NCBI GenBank assembly: GCA_965200965.1
Contig: OZ241744.1
Location: 3,200,001 to 3,264,000, forward strand
Length of the DNA stretch: 64,000 nt
Source of the DNA: an uncultured Candidatus Binatia bacterium
Lineage (GTDB): Bacteria; Desulfobacterota; Binatia; Bin18
Direction of reading: 5' to 3'
Below the pieces are notes generated by a model that saw only the letters and a list, made by a program, of their open reading frames with translations, did no database searches and was not told the DNA's origin. Made by a program: the position numbers and the translations under genes. Positions 1-9,338 of the stretch are shown one piece after another. Position 1 is the first letter of the stretch; each line of letters begins with the position of its first letter.

Positions 1-27
1 TCAGCATCCGACTCTGCCCGCTCCTTA

Positions 28-468
28 CTAATGCGCGGCCTTTTTCTTGCTCTTCTTGCGTTTGACCCGGGTGAGCAGCGAGACATAGCTGATGCCGTCC
101 CGGTTGTCCTGGGTGGTGGGCAGCTGGTGTTTGCGCCAGCCGGGAAAGCCGTCCGGCATGACACGCACATCGCTGTAGCCGGCTTCGGCCAGCTTTTGGG
201 CCGCCTGACCGGCCCGCTCCCCGTCGTCGCAGCCGGTGATCAGCGGTGCGTCTTTGGCGTACAGGTCTTCCACCACCTGGAGAAAGCTCTGGTTGGGGAA
301 GACCGCTTTGGTGCCAGGATGGAAAAAGACCAGCGGGATATTCACTACCCTGCCCTTGGGGTGGCCGGTGGAAAACTCGGCCACCGTCCGCACATCAAGA
401 TAGGTCGCGGGATTCTCGCCGCCCAGGGCGGCGCGGACTTCCGGGGGGCTGATGACTGGGTGATTCAT
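28..468 (-). CDS. Rhodanese-like sulfurtransferase
   Basis: LDVRTVAEFSTGHPKG..VNIP N-terminal rhodanese motif, active-loop Cys (GCDDGER), GGxxxW-like motif (DGFPGW), Lys-rich tail. Confidence 0.88.
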   Translation of the reverse strand: MNHPVISPPEVRAALGGENPATYLDVRTVAEFSTGHPKGRVVNIPLVFFHPGTKAVFPNQSFLQVVEDLYAKDAPLITGCDDGERAGQAAQKLAEAGYSDVRVMPDGFPGWRKHQLPTTQDNRDGISYVSLLTRVKRKKSKKKAAH

Positions 469-497
469 ACGCGTACTCCTGACGATGCTGAGGCGGC

Positions 498-758
498 TCA
501 GGCCACGCTCTCGAAGCTGTCGAACTCGTTGACCAGGGGTGGAATAATCCGGCAGCGTTCGCGGCCGGCAGCCGGCGGCTGGCCGTTCAGGCGGTAGACG
601 ATACCGTCGGCCTCTTGTGTCGCGGTGCTCTCTTCAAGATGATAGTGGAGATACGGGCCGTCCGGCGACAGGGCAAAGATACATTCTAAGACTTTGCGGG
701 CGGGCAGTTTGCCCAGCGTGGGATGTAACAGGGCCTCGCTTGGTTTGCTGTTACTCAT
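498..758 (-). CDS. Small hypothetical protein (86 aa)
   Basis: ATG at 758 preceded by AAGGAG; co-oriented with and 29 bp upstream of the rhodanese; no family recognised. Confidence 0.6.
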   Translation of the reverse strand: MSNSKPSEALLHPTLGKLPARKVLECIFALSPDGPYLHYHLEESTATQEADGIVYRLNGQPPAAGRERCRIIPPLVNEFDSFESVA

Positions 759-867
759 GCGGCTGGTCTCCTTCGGCGTCTCGGATATTTCTTTTTCTCC
801 ATACGTCTTTTTTCCTTGACAGGCAATCAAGAACCGGATTACATAGCGGACACGGAAGGAGGGCCGT

Positions 868-1521
868 ATGTCTGCATTGCCCCAGAAAGAGCTGGCCAAT
901 GGGGAGGTCTGGTATCAACCGGGCGAAAAAGTCCCCAATGTCAACAAAAAGCTCTTTGCCCTGCAAAACCTGTGCACCGATTGCAAAATCTGCGAGGTGG
1001 CCTGCTCGCTCATCCACTCGCCCGAGGGGGAACTCAATCCGCTGTGGACCCGCATCAAAATTGAGCATGTGCCGACTGTAGACACGCGGGTCAGCAAGGA
1101 CGGCTTCGGCTTTGTGGCCGAGATCTGCCATCACTGCGCCAACCCCCCGCCGTGCGCCAAGGTGTGCCCAACGGACGCCTTCTACTATGACCCCGTCACC
1201 CAAGCCGCCATTATTGACCAGGGCAAGTGCATCCAGTGCATGGAATGCGTACCGGCCTGTCCGTTTGACACGGTCTTTGTCGCTCCCAGCGGTGAGGTGC
1301 TCAAATGCGACCTGTGCGGGGGCGATCCGGCGTGTGTCAAGGCGTGCTCGACCCGGCCTGAACTGCTGAACGCGGGAAAACAGTACAACCGCTCAAGCGT
1401 ACTGTTCTTTGAGGAAAAGGCGGCATTCAGCGCCATACTGCGCCAAACGCCAGAGCGACGGGATGAAGTCGGCATCATGCAAGCCATGCTGTCAAAGGGG
1501 AAAATCAGCAGCTCTGCGTGA
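868..1521 (+). CDS. 4x[4Fe-4S] polyferredoxin, electron-transfer subunit of WOR module 1
   Basis: CTDCKICEVAC, CHHCANPPPCAKVCP, CIQCMECVPACP and CDLCGGDPACVKAC motifs; GAAGGAGG RBS. Confidence 0.93.
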   Translation: MSALPQKELANGEVWYQPGEKVPNVNKKLFALQNLCTDCKICEVACSLIHSPEGELNPLWTRIKIEHVPTVDTRVSKDGFGFVAEICHHCANPPPCAKVCPTDAFYYDPVTQAAIIDQGKCIQCMECVPACPFDTVFVAPSGEVLKCDLCGGDPACVKACSTRPELLNAGKQYNRSSVLFFEEKAAFSAILRQTPERRDEVGIMQAMLSKGKISSSA

Positions 1522-1557
1522 CGCTTAGAGCGGACCGGACAACAAGGAGTCTCAGCT

Positions 1558-3582
1558 ATGGAAAGTCGTCTGCTGCGGGTTGATTTAAGTACCAACGAGA
1601 TCAAGACTGAGAAGATTCCCCACTCGCTGTTTGAGCGCTGGATTGGCGGCTCGGGGATGAACAACTGGATCATGTGGGAGCACTTCCTGAGCCACGATAT
1701 CAACTGTGATCCGCGCGGGCCGGACAATATCTTTGTGTTTGGCGTCGGGCCGCTGGCCGGCACCGGAGCGGGGATTGGGGTCAAGGGCCGCATTACGTTC
1801 AAAAGCCCATGTTACGGGATTTTTGGTGACTCGACCGGTGGCGGCAAGTTCCCCTACGCTATTCGCTTCAGCGGCTATGACTATATTGCCGTGACCGGCA
1901 GAGCGCCCAAGCCGGTCTATCTGCATATTGCCAACGACGAGGTGACGCTCTGTGATGCCCGACACCTGTGGGGCAAGGACAGCTCAGAGACGCACGCCGT
2001 GCTGCAAAAAGAGTTGGGCGACTATCCGTCACAGGCCTATACGCTGTCCATCGGTCAGGCCGGCGAGAACCAGGTCGGCATTGCCGGTGTGATCTCGGAC
2101 GGCTGGCGGATTCACGCCCGCTGCGGCGGCGGCGCGGTGATGGGCTCTAAGAACCTCAAAGCCATTGCGGTCCAGGGCAATCTGGGCATCAGGGTCGATA
2201 ACCCTGCGGGTCTGCTGGACTGGTCGGACGATTTTCGCCAGAAAATTGATACCAATGAGGCCGGTTATGGCTTTAAGCGGCGGGGCACGCTGGGGGCGGT
2301 GGAGATGTACCAGCGGATCGGTGGTAATTTCTGGCGGAACAACCAGGGCAGCCTGTTCCGGGGCGAAGAAGTCCGCTCCGACAACTGGGTCAAGAAGTAC
2401 CACAAATACTCCGAGGTCTGCTCCTCTGACTGCTACATCGCCTGCGATGGTCGGTATAAAATCGAGGGCCATGAGTCAGACCGGGCCGGAAAATATATTG
2501 GCGAGTCCTTCCGCCATCCCGAGTATCTGACCACCGGCAGCAGTGCCGGTGCGCTGGATGTCCGTGACTGGGCCGAAGTAGCCCACTGGGGCAAGATCAC
2601 CAACGAGTACGGCATTGATAACCAGGACCTGAGTTGCTCCATCAGCTTCGTCATGGAGTTGAGGCAGCGGGAGCTGATCTCCGACGCCGATGTGGCCGAA
2701 CTGTTCGGCAGACCCCAGCGGCTCGAATGGGGCAATATGGACGATATTGAGAGCTTGGTGCGGAGTGTGGTCTACCAGGAGAACCCGTTCGGCTGGATGT
2801 TCCGTGATGGAGCCTACTGGGGCGCGCTGCGCTACTCCGAGAAGATGGGCCAGAACTTTATGAAATACGCCATCTACGGCAAGGGCGGGGCCAGCTTCAC
2901 CGAGGAGATGCGGCCGTTTCCGACCTGGATGAACAATATGGCGGTAGCGTCGCGCGGGGCCGACCATCTCAAAGGCATTGGCCTGATCGAAAAATTCCAG
3001 CGCAAAGACCTGTCCAAGGCGTATTTTGGGACACCGATCGCCGGCGATCCAACCGTGCCCGACCTCAAAGGTGCCTGCACCGCGGTCATTGAGAACCAAG
3101 TGGCGCTGATCAACTCCTACGGGGTGTGCATGTTCCACTGGCTGCTTGACCCGCTGGGCTATGCGCCGGAGAGTTACTACGGCAAAGCCTACGCTGAGGT
3201 GACCGGAATTGACCGGACCAAAGAAGAGTTGATGCGGGACGGCGAACGGATCTGTAACCTGGAGAAAGCCTTTAACTCGCGCCTGGGGATGCGGCGGGAA
3301 CACGACACCATCTGTGAGCGCTGGATGCACGAGCCCGCGCCGGAAGGCATGTATGCAGGCCGGGTGGCGGCCGATATGTTTGATCAGGTCCTGGACGAGT
3401 ACTACGAGTGGCGCGGCTGGGACACCACAACCGGCCTGCAAACGCGCCCCAAGCTCGAAGAACTGGGCCTGGAAGATGTGGCCGATGTGCTGGCCGCAGA
3501 CAGAGCCCTGGCCGGTGAACAGGGCCGCAAGTCGGTGCAGGTGCTCAAAGCGCCAAGCGCTGAGCCCGGTCTGCCGGACTAA
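1558..3582 (+). CDS. Aldehyde:ferredoxin oxidoreductase family (W/Mo-bis-pterin) catalytic subunit, divergent type
   Basis: LLRVDLS start, IGQAGEN, GAVMGSKNLKAIAV, RGADHL, GERICNLEKAFN, EYYEWRGWD..G...KLEELGL; AAGGAG RBS. Confidence 0.95.
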   Translation: MESRLLRVDLSTNEIKTEKIPHSLFERWIGGSGMNNWIMWEHFLSHDINCDPRGPDNIFVFGVGPLAGTGAGIGVKGRITFKSPCYGIFGDSTGGGKFPYAIRFSGYDYIAVTGRAPKPVYLHIANDEVTLCDARHLWGKDSSETHAVLQKELGDYPSQAYTLSIGQAGENQVGIAGVISDGWRIHARCGGGAVMGSKNLKAIAVQGNLGIRVDNPAGLLDWSDDFRQKIDTNEAGYGFKRRGTLGAVEMYQRIGGNFWRNNQGSLFRGEEVRSDNWVKKYHKYSEVCSSDCYIACDGRYKIEGHESDRAGKYIGESFRHPEYLTTGSSAGALDVRDWAEVAHWGKITNEYGIDNQDLSCSISFVMELRQRELISDADVAELFGRPQRLEWGNMDDIESLVRSVVYQENPFGWMFRDGAYWGALRYSEKMGQNFMKYAIYGKGGASFTEEMRPFPTWMNNMAVASRGADHLKGIGLIEKFQRKDLSKAYFGTPIAGDPTVPDLKGACTAVIENQVALINSYGVCMFHWLLDPLGYAPESYYGKAYAEVTGIDRTKEELMRDGERICNLEKAFNSRLGMRREHDTICERWMHEPAPEGMYAGRVAADMFDQVLDEYYEWRGWDTTTGLQTRPKLEELGLEDVADVLAADRALAGEQGRKSVQVLKAPSAEPGLPD

Positions 3583-3590
3583 AGCCTGGA

Positions 3591-3615
3591 GGCCCTTTCC
3601 TGTCAGGGGAGGGTC
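3591..3615 (+). other. Intercistronic stem-loop
   Basis: GGCCCTTTCC-TGTCA-GGGGAGGGTC imperfect inverted repeat between the AOR stop and moaD; no U-tract. Confidence 0.4.
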
Positions 3616-3638
3616 GCCTAGCAACAGAGGACCCTGGC

Positions 3639-3920
3639 GTGATTACAGTCCACACGGAATATCAGGCCCGTTTCCGGGAAATTACCCAGGTTGCGGGAGA
3701 GAGTTTCCAGCTTGAGCAGCCGCTGGTGTCTGAACTGGCCGAGCAGATTACCCAAAAATATGGCACCGAGATGCAGGCGTTGCTGATCGATCCTGACACG
3801 AACGACCTGAACACCAAGGGCACGCTGTATCTCGACTCAAAGGGCAATCGGATTTTTATTGACGATAGCCTGGAAGACGGCGAGACGGTCATCTTCATGG
3901 TCGGGATCGCCGGCGGCTGA
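3639..3920 (+). CDS. MoaD/ThiS ubiquitin-like sulfur carrier
   Basis: 93 aa beta-grasp size, ends LEDGETVIFMVGIAGG with a free C-terminal GG; follows the AOR gene. Confidence 0.88.
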   Translation: MITVHTEYQARFREITQVAGESFQLEQPLVSELAEQITQKYGTEMQALLIDPDTNDLNTKGTLYLDSKGNRIFIDDSLEDGETVIFMVGIAGG

Positions 3921-3963
3921 GGCGCACCTTTCCCATGTGGCCGATGCTCTCCGCCGGGCCGGC

Positions 3964-5295
3964 CTACTCTGAAGGAGCGGTCTCCCCGCCGATAAAGACA
4001 ATGTGCCCGGCTTCGTTCTGGGCCTTGATGCGGGCTTCAAGAGCCGCCGGCAGCGTAATCGTTCGCTCGGTCGGAAACTTGTCCCGGTACAGATGCGGGC
4101 GCAGATAGAACTCTTCGGGGCTGCTCACCCCGGCCTGGGTTTTGAGCGGCACTGGAAACCAGCCACGACGCATGAAATCGGGATTGAAAAACACATCTCT
4201 ATCGGCTTGGCTCCACTCGCGCAACTCCATCGCATCATGCACCCCGTAGGAATAGAAGTCCTGCTGCGGGTCCCACCACAGGGAGAGCAGGTTGTGATAG
4301 CCCTGCTCCTTGAGCGCGGGGTTCATCAACTCGGCGAGGCGCTCTTCAATCAAGACAAGTTCGCCCTCCGGTCCATAGGTCTCACTGCGCAGGGGATAGA
4401 AGTACTCCTGGTCAACCCAGTACAGAATCCGGGGCGCGTAATAGCCGGGCAGCCAGTCCTGTTTTGCCGTGGCCTCCATCACATATGTGCGGACACCCCC
4501 GTCTTCGGTGTAGTAAGGGTAGGCTTCGCCCATCAGCTTGAGGTCTGAGGCCGGCACGTCGATAAAGGAGCCGTCTTTTGTGCGCAGGGTCATGAACTGA
4601 CGGGTGGTCGGAAACCGGGCGGTCTCGTACAGGACATCGGTGCCAATCACCCGCCACGAAAACTCCCAGGCGTCACGGCCTAAAAAGTCGTCATAGGCGA
4701 CCGGCTGGTTGGGAAATTTGTCCTGACGCCGCGGCTGCGGAAAGCGACGCACGCGACGCAGGGTCGGCGAGTAGCCGAACATGTCGGCCTTCTTGGTGAG
4801 TTCTTTATCGGTCCGATAGGTGGTAAACAGCAGTTGGTTGCCATGCCTTTCCGGCGGGGCGATATCCTGGCTCAGCCAGCGTGAGAAGATGTCGCCGGGT
4901 TTGGCCCGGATCTGGCCCATCAGGCCGGCCGGCTCCTGATATTGGACCAGGACAATAATCTGGTTAATGAACAAATAGCCGGTCGGGGTCAGGGTGCCGC
5001 TGTCTTCGATCTGGACACAGTTCCAGCGTGGCATGTGGGGGAACTCCATCGCGCGAAAGCCGATCTCTTCGGGCGTGTAGGGCGGATCGAAAGGGTAGGG
5101 CTCGGCCGGCATATACGGGATGGTGGCATCGCGTGGCGTATCGGTTGAAAAGTCGAGCCGCTGACGTTCTTCGGGCGTCAGTTCTGACACAAGCCGCCAG
5201 CTGCGTTCGGCCGGCGTGTCGGCCGCCCAGGTCGGCGTATGGAACACGAGCAGTGCGGCGAACAGACACGCCAAGCGTCGGTAAGCTGTGGACAT
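3964..5295 (-). CDS. DUF1329-like / outer-membrane lipoprotein-sorting-family secreted protein
   Basis: ATG at 5295 with GGAGG RBS; signal peptide ending TWA-A; YSPTLRRVRR motif; YYAPRILYWVDQEYFYPL. Confidence 0.72.
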   Translation of the reverse strand: MSTAYRRLACLFAALLVFHTPTWAADTPAERSWRLVSELTPEERQRLDFSTDTPRDATIPYMPAEPYPFDPPYTPEEIGFRAMEFPHMPRWNCVQIEDSGTLTPTGYLFINQIIVLVQYQEPAGLMGQIRAKPGDIFSRWLSQDIAPPERHGNQLLFTTYRTDKELTKKADMFGYSPTLRRVRRFPQPRRQDKFPNQPVAYDDFLGRDAWEFSWRVIGTDVLYETARFPTTRQFMTLRTKDGSFIDVPASDLKLMGEAYPYYTEDGGVRTYVMEATAKQDWLPGYYAPRILYWVDQEYFYPLRSETYGPEGELVLIEERLAELMNPALKEQGYHNLLSLWWDPQQDFYSYGVHDAMELREWSQADRDVFFNPDFMRRGWFPVPLKTQAGVSSPEEFYLRPHLYRDKFPTERTITLPAALEARIKAQNEAGHIVFIGGETAPSE

Positions 5296-5408
5296 AATAA
5301 TTCCTCCTGTCAAGCACCCATCCAGCATACCACATTCGTTGCCAGGGCGGGAGGGGACCCCATCGGAGTGCGCGAGATTGGTCGGGTGATCGAGGCTCTC
5401 CCTGACAG

Positions 5409-5436
5409 TTGATCTCTGCGCGCAGAGGTTTAAGAT
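5409..5436 (+). promoter_or_regulatory. Putative sigma70 promoter of WOR module 2 with a palindromic spacer
   Basis: TTGATC-16 nt-TAAGAT; perfect 14-bp palindrome CTCTGCGCGCAGAG at 5414-5427. Confidence 0.4.
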
Positions 5437-5486
5437 AGGCTCAGTTGAGTGCTCTGGGGCCGGTCCCATGAGCGTAAGGAGGGGGT

Positions 5487-5960
5487 ATGAAACAACTCTG
5501 TGTTATCACCGATAAATGCACGGGCTGCGTGCAGTGCGAGTTGGCCTGCGCGTTTGTCCAAACCGGTACTTTTCAACCGGCCCGATCCGTGATCCGGGTC
5601 CACATCTTTGACGAGCAGGCCGTGTACTCGCCCTACACCTGCTTTCAGTGCGAAGAAGCCTGGTGTCTGACCGCCTGCCCGGTCAACGCGATCGCCATTG
5701 ACCCCAACACGGAGGCCAAGGTTGTTATGGACGATGTATGTGTCGGCTGTGCCGTCTGCACGGTGGCCTGTCCGTATGGGACGGTTTTTTACAATCCAGA
5801 CACCCATAAGGCCCTCAAGTGCGACCTGTGCGGCGGCGAGCCGGCCTGCGTCCACTCGTGCCCGACCGGAGCCCTTGAATATGTTGACATGGAGCGGGCC
5901 GACTGGCTGAGCGGCTGGGCAGACCGGGTCAATCATGGGTTTCAAGGTGAACACAGATGA
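5487..5960 (+). CDS. 4x[4Fe-4S] ferredoxin subunit (AorA-like)
   Basis: CTGCVQCELAC, CFQCEEAWCLTACP, CVGCAVCTVACP, CDLCGGEPACVHSCP. Confidence 0.94.
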   Translation: MKQLCVITDKCTGCVQCELACAFVQTGTFQPARSVIRVHIFDEQAVYSPYTCFQCEEAWCLTACPVNAIAIDPNTEAKVVMDDVCVGCAVCTVACPYGTVFYNPDTHKALKCDLCGGEPACVHSCPTGALEYVDMERADWLSGWADRVNHGFQGEHR

Positions 5961-6022
5961 CCCCCTCGTCAGAGCGGCGTTTACCCGGTGACCGAAGCGG
6001 CTGACAAAGAAGGAGGCGGCAT

Positions 6023-7873
6023 ATGGCAAACGGATGGACAGGAACGGTGCTGCGTATCAATCTGACGGAGCGGACCGTCACCAAAGAGCCTCTGAACGAA
6101 CAATGGGCCAGAGAGTATGTTGGCGGACGCGGGCTTGGTGCCCGCTATCTGACCGAGGAGATGGACCCGACGGTTGACGCGCTCAGCCCTGACAACAAGC
6201 TGCTGTTTGTGACCGGCCCGCTGACCGGAACCAGCGCCTCGTGCGGCTCACGCTATATGGTTGTCACCAAGGGGCCGCTGACCAACGCGATCACCACCTC
6301 GAACTCGGGCGGGTACTGGGGGCCGGAACTCAAGTTTGCCGGCTATGACATGGTGATTCTTGAAGGCCGGGCGTCGTCGCCGTGTTACCTGTGGGTCTAT
6401 AACGAAACGGTCGAAATCCGGGAGGCCGATCACCTGTGGGGCAGAACGGTCTGGGAGACCGAGGAACGGCTGCGCGCCGAGCTGGGCGTGCCCGACACGA
6501 TTATCGCCAGCATCGGCCCGGCCGGTGAGAACTTGGTGCGCTTTGCCTGTATCATGAACGATCTGCACCGGGCGGCCGGCCGCTCCGGGGTTGGCGCGGT
6601 CATGGGCTCAAAAAATCTCAAGGCGATTGCCGTGCGAGGGACCGGCGGGGTCACGCTGGCCGACCCGCCAGCCTTTATGAAAGGCATGTGGGAGATGAAA
6701 GAAAAACTCCGCGAGTCGCCGGTCACCTCGCAGGGTCTGCCGATGTACGGCACCGAAGTCCTGGTCAATGTGATCAACGAACACGGGGCACTCCCGACCC
6801 GCAACCACCAGCAGTCGGTGTTTGAAGAGGCCGAAGACATCAGTGGAGAGACGCTGACCGAGACGCGGCTGGTGGCCAATAAAGCCTGTTTTTCCTGCGC
6901 GATTGCGTGTGGACGGGTGTCAACCCTGCCGGGCGAGGCGTCAAGCAAATATGAAGTCAGCACCAGCCCGCGCAACTGGAACATTGCCGGTGAAGGACCG
7001 GAGTATGAGGCCGCCTGGGCCATGGGTTCGGAGTGCGGCATCGGCGATTTGGACGCCCTGATTAAGGCCAACTGGTTATGCAACGATCTGGGTATGGATT
7101 CAATCAGCTTTGGCGCGACAGTGGCCGCGGCAATGGAGATGTACGAAAAGAAAGTCGTGTCGCTTGAACAGACCGAGATTCCGCTGAGCTTTGGCAGTTC
7201 TGAGGCGCTGCTGAGCCTGGCCGAGCGGATCGCCTATCGTCGGGGTTTTGGTGCCGAGCTGGCCGAAGGCTCGAAGCGCATGACCGAGAAGTTCGGTCGC
7301 CCAGAGTTCTTCATGGGCGTACGCGGTCAGGAGTTTGCCGCCTATGAAGCCCGCGCGATTCAAGGCATGGGCCTGGGCTATGCTACCTCGAACCGGGGCG
7401 CATGCCACCTCAAAGCGTATACGGTGGCGGCCGAGATTCTGGGTCTGCCGCGGCAGATGGACCCCAACGAAACCGAGGGCAAGGCCGAACTCACCAAACT
7501 GTTTCAGGACGCGACCTCAACGGTTGACGCCACCGGGCTGTGTCAGTTCCTGACCTTTGGCGTGGGACTGGAAGAGATGCTGCCGCAGTTGGTGGCGGCC
7601 ACCGGGGTCAATTTCAGTCTCGAAGAAACACTGACCATTGGCGAGCGGATCTGGAATCTGGAGCGACACTGGAACGAGCGGGCCGGAGTGGGCAGCAGCG
7701 CAGATACCCTGCCCAAGCGGATTCTGGAGGAACCGCTGCCGTCCGGCCCGGCCAAGGGCAAGGTCAACCGTCTGGGCGAGATGCTGCCTGAGTACTATCA
7801 GCTCCGCGGCTGGGATACAGACGGCAGGCTGACGCCGGAGAAGCTGAAGGAGTTGGGCTTGGACAAAGCCTGA
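6023..7873 (+). CDS. aor: Tungsten aldehyde:ferredoxin oxidoreductase, canonical type (AorB-like)
   Basis: GGRGLG, SNSGGYWGPELKFAGYD, AAGRSGVGAVMGSKNLKA, CFSCAIAC, GPEYE, RGACHL, GLCQF. Confidence 0.96.
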   Translation: MANGWTGTVLRINLTERTVTKEPLNEQWAREYVGGRGLGARYLTEEMDPTVDALSPDNKLLFVTGPLTGTSASCGSRYMVVTKGPLTNAITTSNSGGYWGPELKFAGYDMVILEGRASSPCYLWVYNETVEIREADHLWGRTVWETEERLRAELGVPDTIIASIGPAGENLVRFACIMNDLHRAAGRSGVGAVMGSKNLKAIAVRGTGGVTLADPPAFMKGMWEMKEKLRESPVTSQGLPMYGTEVLVNVINEHGALPTRNHQQSVFEEAEDISGETLTETRLVANKACFSCAIACGRVSTLPGEASSKYEVSTSPRNWNIAGEGPEYEAAWAMGSECGIGDLDALIKANWLCNDLGMDSISFGATVAAAMEMYEKKVVSLEQTEIPLSFGSSEALLSLAERIAYRRGFGAELAEGSKRMTEKFGRPEFFMGVRGQEFAAYEARAIQGMGLGYATSNRGACHLKAYTVAAEILGLPRQMDPNETEGKAELTKLFQDATSTVDATGLCQFLTFGVGLEEMLPQLVAATGVNFSLEETLTIGERIWNLERHWNERAGVGSSADTLPKRILEEPLPSGPAKGKVNRLGEMLPEYYQLRGWDTDGRLTPEKLKELGLDKA

Positions 7874-7883
7874 GGGGTCAACG

Positions 7884-9338
7884 ATGGCACAACATATCAT
7901 TATTGGCGCGGGTCCGGCCGGCCTTGCCGCGGCCGAAACGATTCGGGCCTGCGACCCCAGCGCGGCAGTCAGCCTGATCTCCAGCGAACCGGCCTATTCC
8001 CGCATGGTGCTGCCATATTATCTGGCCCGGGAAATCCCGGAAGAGCATGTCTTGACCGGCAACGAGGATTATTTTGCCGAGCGGAATATCGAGGCGCTGC
8101 TCGGTACCACAGTCACACGGGTCAATGGCGGGCAAAAGACGGTGACGCTCAGCGACGGGACGACCCGTGCGTTTGACCGCCTGCTGCTGGCGTCCGGTTC
8201 GTCCGCCCAACAGCCGCGGATCCCGGGCGGTAATCTGGAGGGAGTGTACTCGTTCTGGACCTTGGGCGATGCGCAACAGGTGATCGCCAAAGCCCGGGCC
8301 AGGCCGAGCGCGGTGCTCATCGGCGCGGGCTTTATCGGTTGTATCGTCCTGAATGCCATGGTCAAACTGAACTGGAAGCTGTCGGTGGTGGAAGCGGAAA
8401 GCCAGGTCCTGCCACGGATGCTGGACGCGGCCGGTGCCGGCGCGGTGGAGGGCTGGCTGACGGCCCGCAATATCGCCGTCCATACCGCCGTCGAGGTCCA
8501 GGAGATTCGGCGCAACGACGGCGGGAACCTGTCGCTGTCGCTCAGTTCGGGACAGACGCTTGAGGCGGAGCTTGTCATCATGGCCACCGGCATTCGTCCC
8601 AATGTTGCTTTTCTGGACGGTTCGGGGGTCCATGTCAAACCCGGCGGTATCCCGGTTGACGACCAGATGCAGACCAATGTCCCGGGGATTTATGCGGCCG
8701 GTGATGTGGCGATTGGACCGGATATGCTGGCCGGCCGAACCGGGCACGACACCCCCGCCACTGCCCACGCCATCCAGCCGACCGCGGTAGACCACGGCCG
8801 GATTGCCGGGGCCAACATGGCCGGCCACGAGATCCATTATCCGGGCAGCCTGCTGCTCAACGTCCTCGACGTGGTCAAGTTGCACTGCGCCAGCTTTGGC
8901 CTGTGGCGGGACGAGGGGCACGACACCACAACGGTGTTCAACCCCAGCCGGCCAATCTACCGCAAGTATGTGTGGCACGAAGACCGTATCGTTGGTGCCC
9001 TGTTTGTCGGGCCGATTGACGACGTGACGATGCTGAACGATGTAGGCATGGTCAAGGGTTTGATTCAGACCCAGCAGCCTCTGGGTGAGTGGGCTGACTA
9101 CATCAAGACCCACCCGACCGATATCCGCCGTGCCTACATTGCCAGCGGGGCGGCCCAGGCCCTTATCGGGCGGACGCTGCTCGGCGCACCGTCCCGCGAC
9201 CGCGCCTATCGGGTTGGCGGGAAAGTGCCGCCGGTCTGGGATAAGACCGCCACCCACATGCCGCTGCTCAGCGCCCAGTCCGAGCGCTACCGTGAACTGA
9301 GTCCGACACCCACGCCGGGGATTGGAAAGGCCGACTGA
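7884..9338 (+). CDS. FAD/NAD(P)-dependent oxidoreductase (AorC-like)
   Basis: IIGAGPAG FAD motif, IGAGFIG NAD motif, TNVPGIYAAGD. Confidence 0.92.
   Translation: MAQHIIIGAGPAGLAAAETIRACDPSAAVSLISSEPAYSRMVLPYYLAREIPEEHVLTGNEDYFAERNIEALLGTTVTRVNGGQKTVTLSDGTTRAFDRLLLASGSSAQQPRIPGGNLEGVYSFWTLGDAQQVIAKARARPSAVLIGAGFIGCIVLNAMVKLNWKLSVVEAESQVLPRMLDAAGAGAVEGWLTARNIAVHTAVEVQEIRRNDGGNLSLSLSSGQTLEAELVIMATGIRPNVAFLDGSGVHVKPGGIPVDDQMQTNVPGIYAAGDVAIGPDMLAGRTGHDTPATAHAIQPTAVDHGRIAGANMAGHEIHYPGSLLLNVLDVVKLHCASFGLWRDEGHDTTTVFNPSRPIYRKYVWHEDRIVGALFVGPIDDVTMLNDVGMVKGLIQTQQPLGEWADYIKTHPTDIRRAYIASGAAQALIGRTLLGAPSRDRAYRVGGKVPPVWDKTATHMPLLSAQSERYRELSPTPTPGIGKAD

Noticed and set aside
816-830. TTGACAGGCAATCAA as an FNR/CRP box upstream of WOR module 1
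   Set aside because: Half-site spacing is one base too long for TTGAT-N4-ATCAA; more simply a -35 element
1519-1560. The ferredoxin UGA stop is in frame with the AOR ATG via 12 sense codons, a possible Sec read-through fusion
   Set aside because: The UGA is not at a Cys-equivalent position, no SECIS-like hairpin is evident, AOR has its own strong SD, and in-frame spacing arises by chance about one time in three
7878-9257. Long antisense ORFs (e.g. 7878-9257, 2476-3624, 21882-23180, 51080-52279)
   Set aside because: They are shadows of well-supported genes on the opposite strand, expected in GC-rich DNA, and carry no motifs
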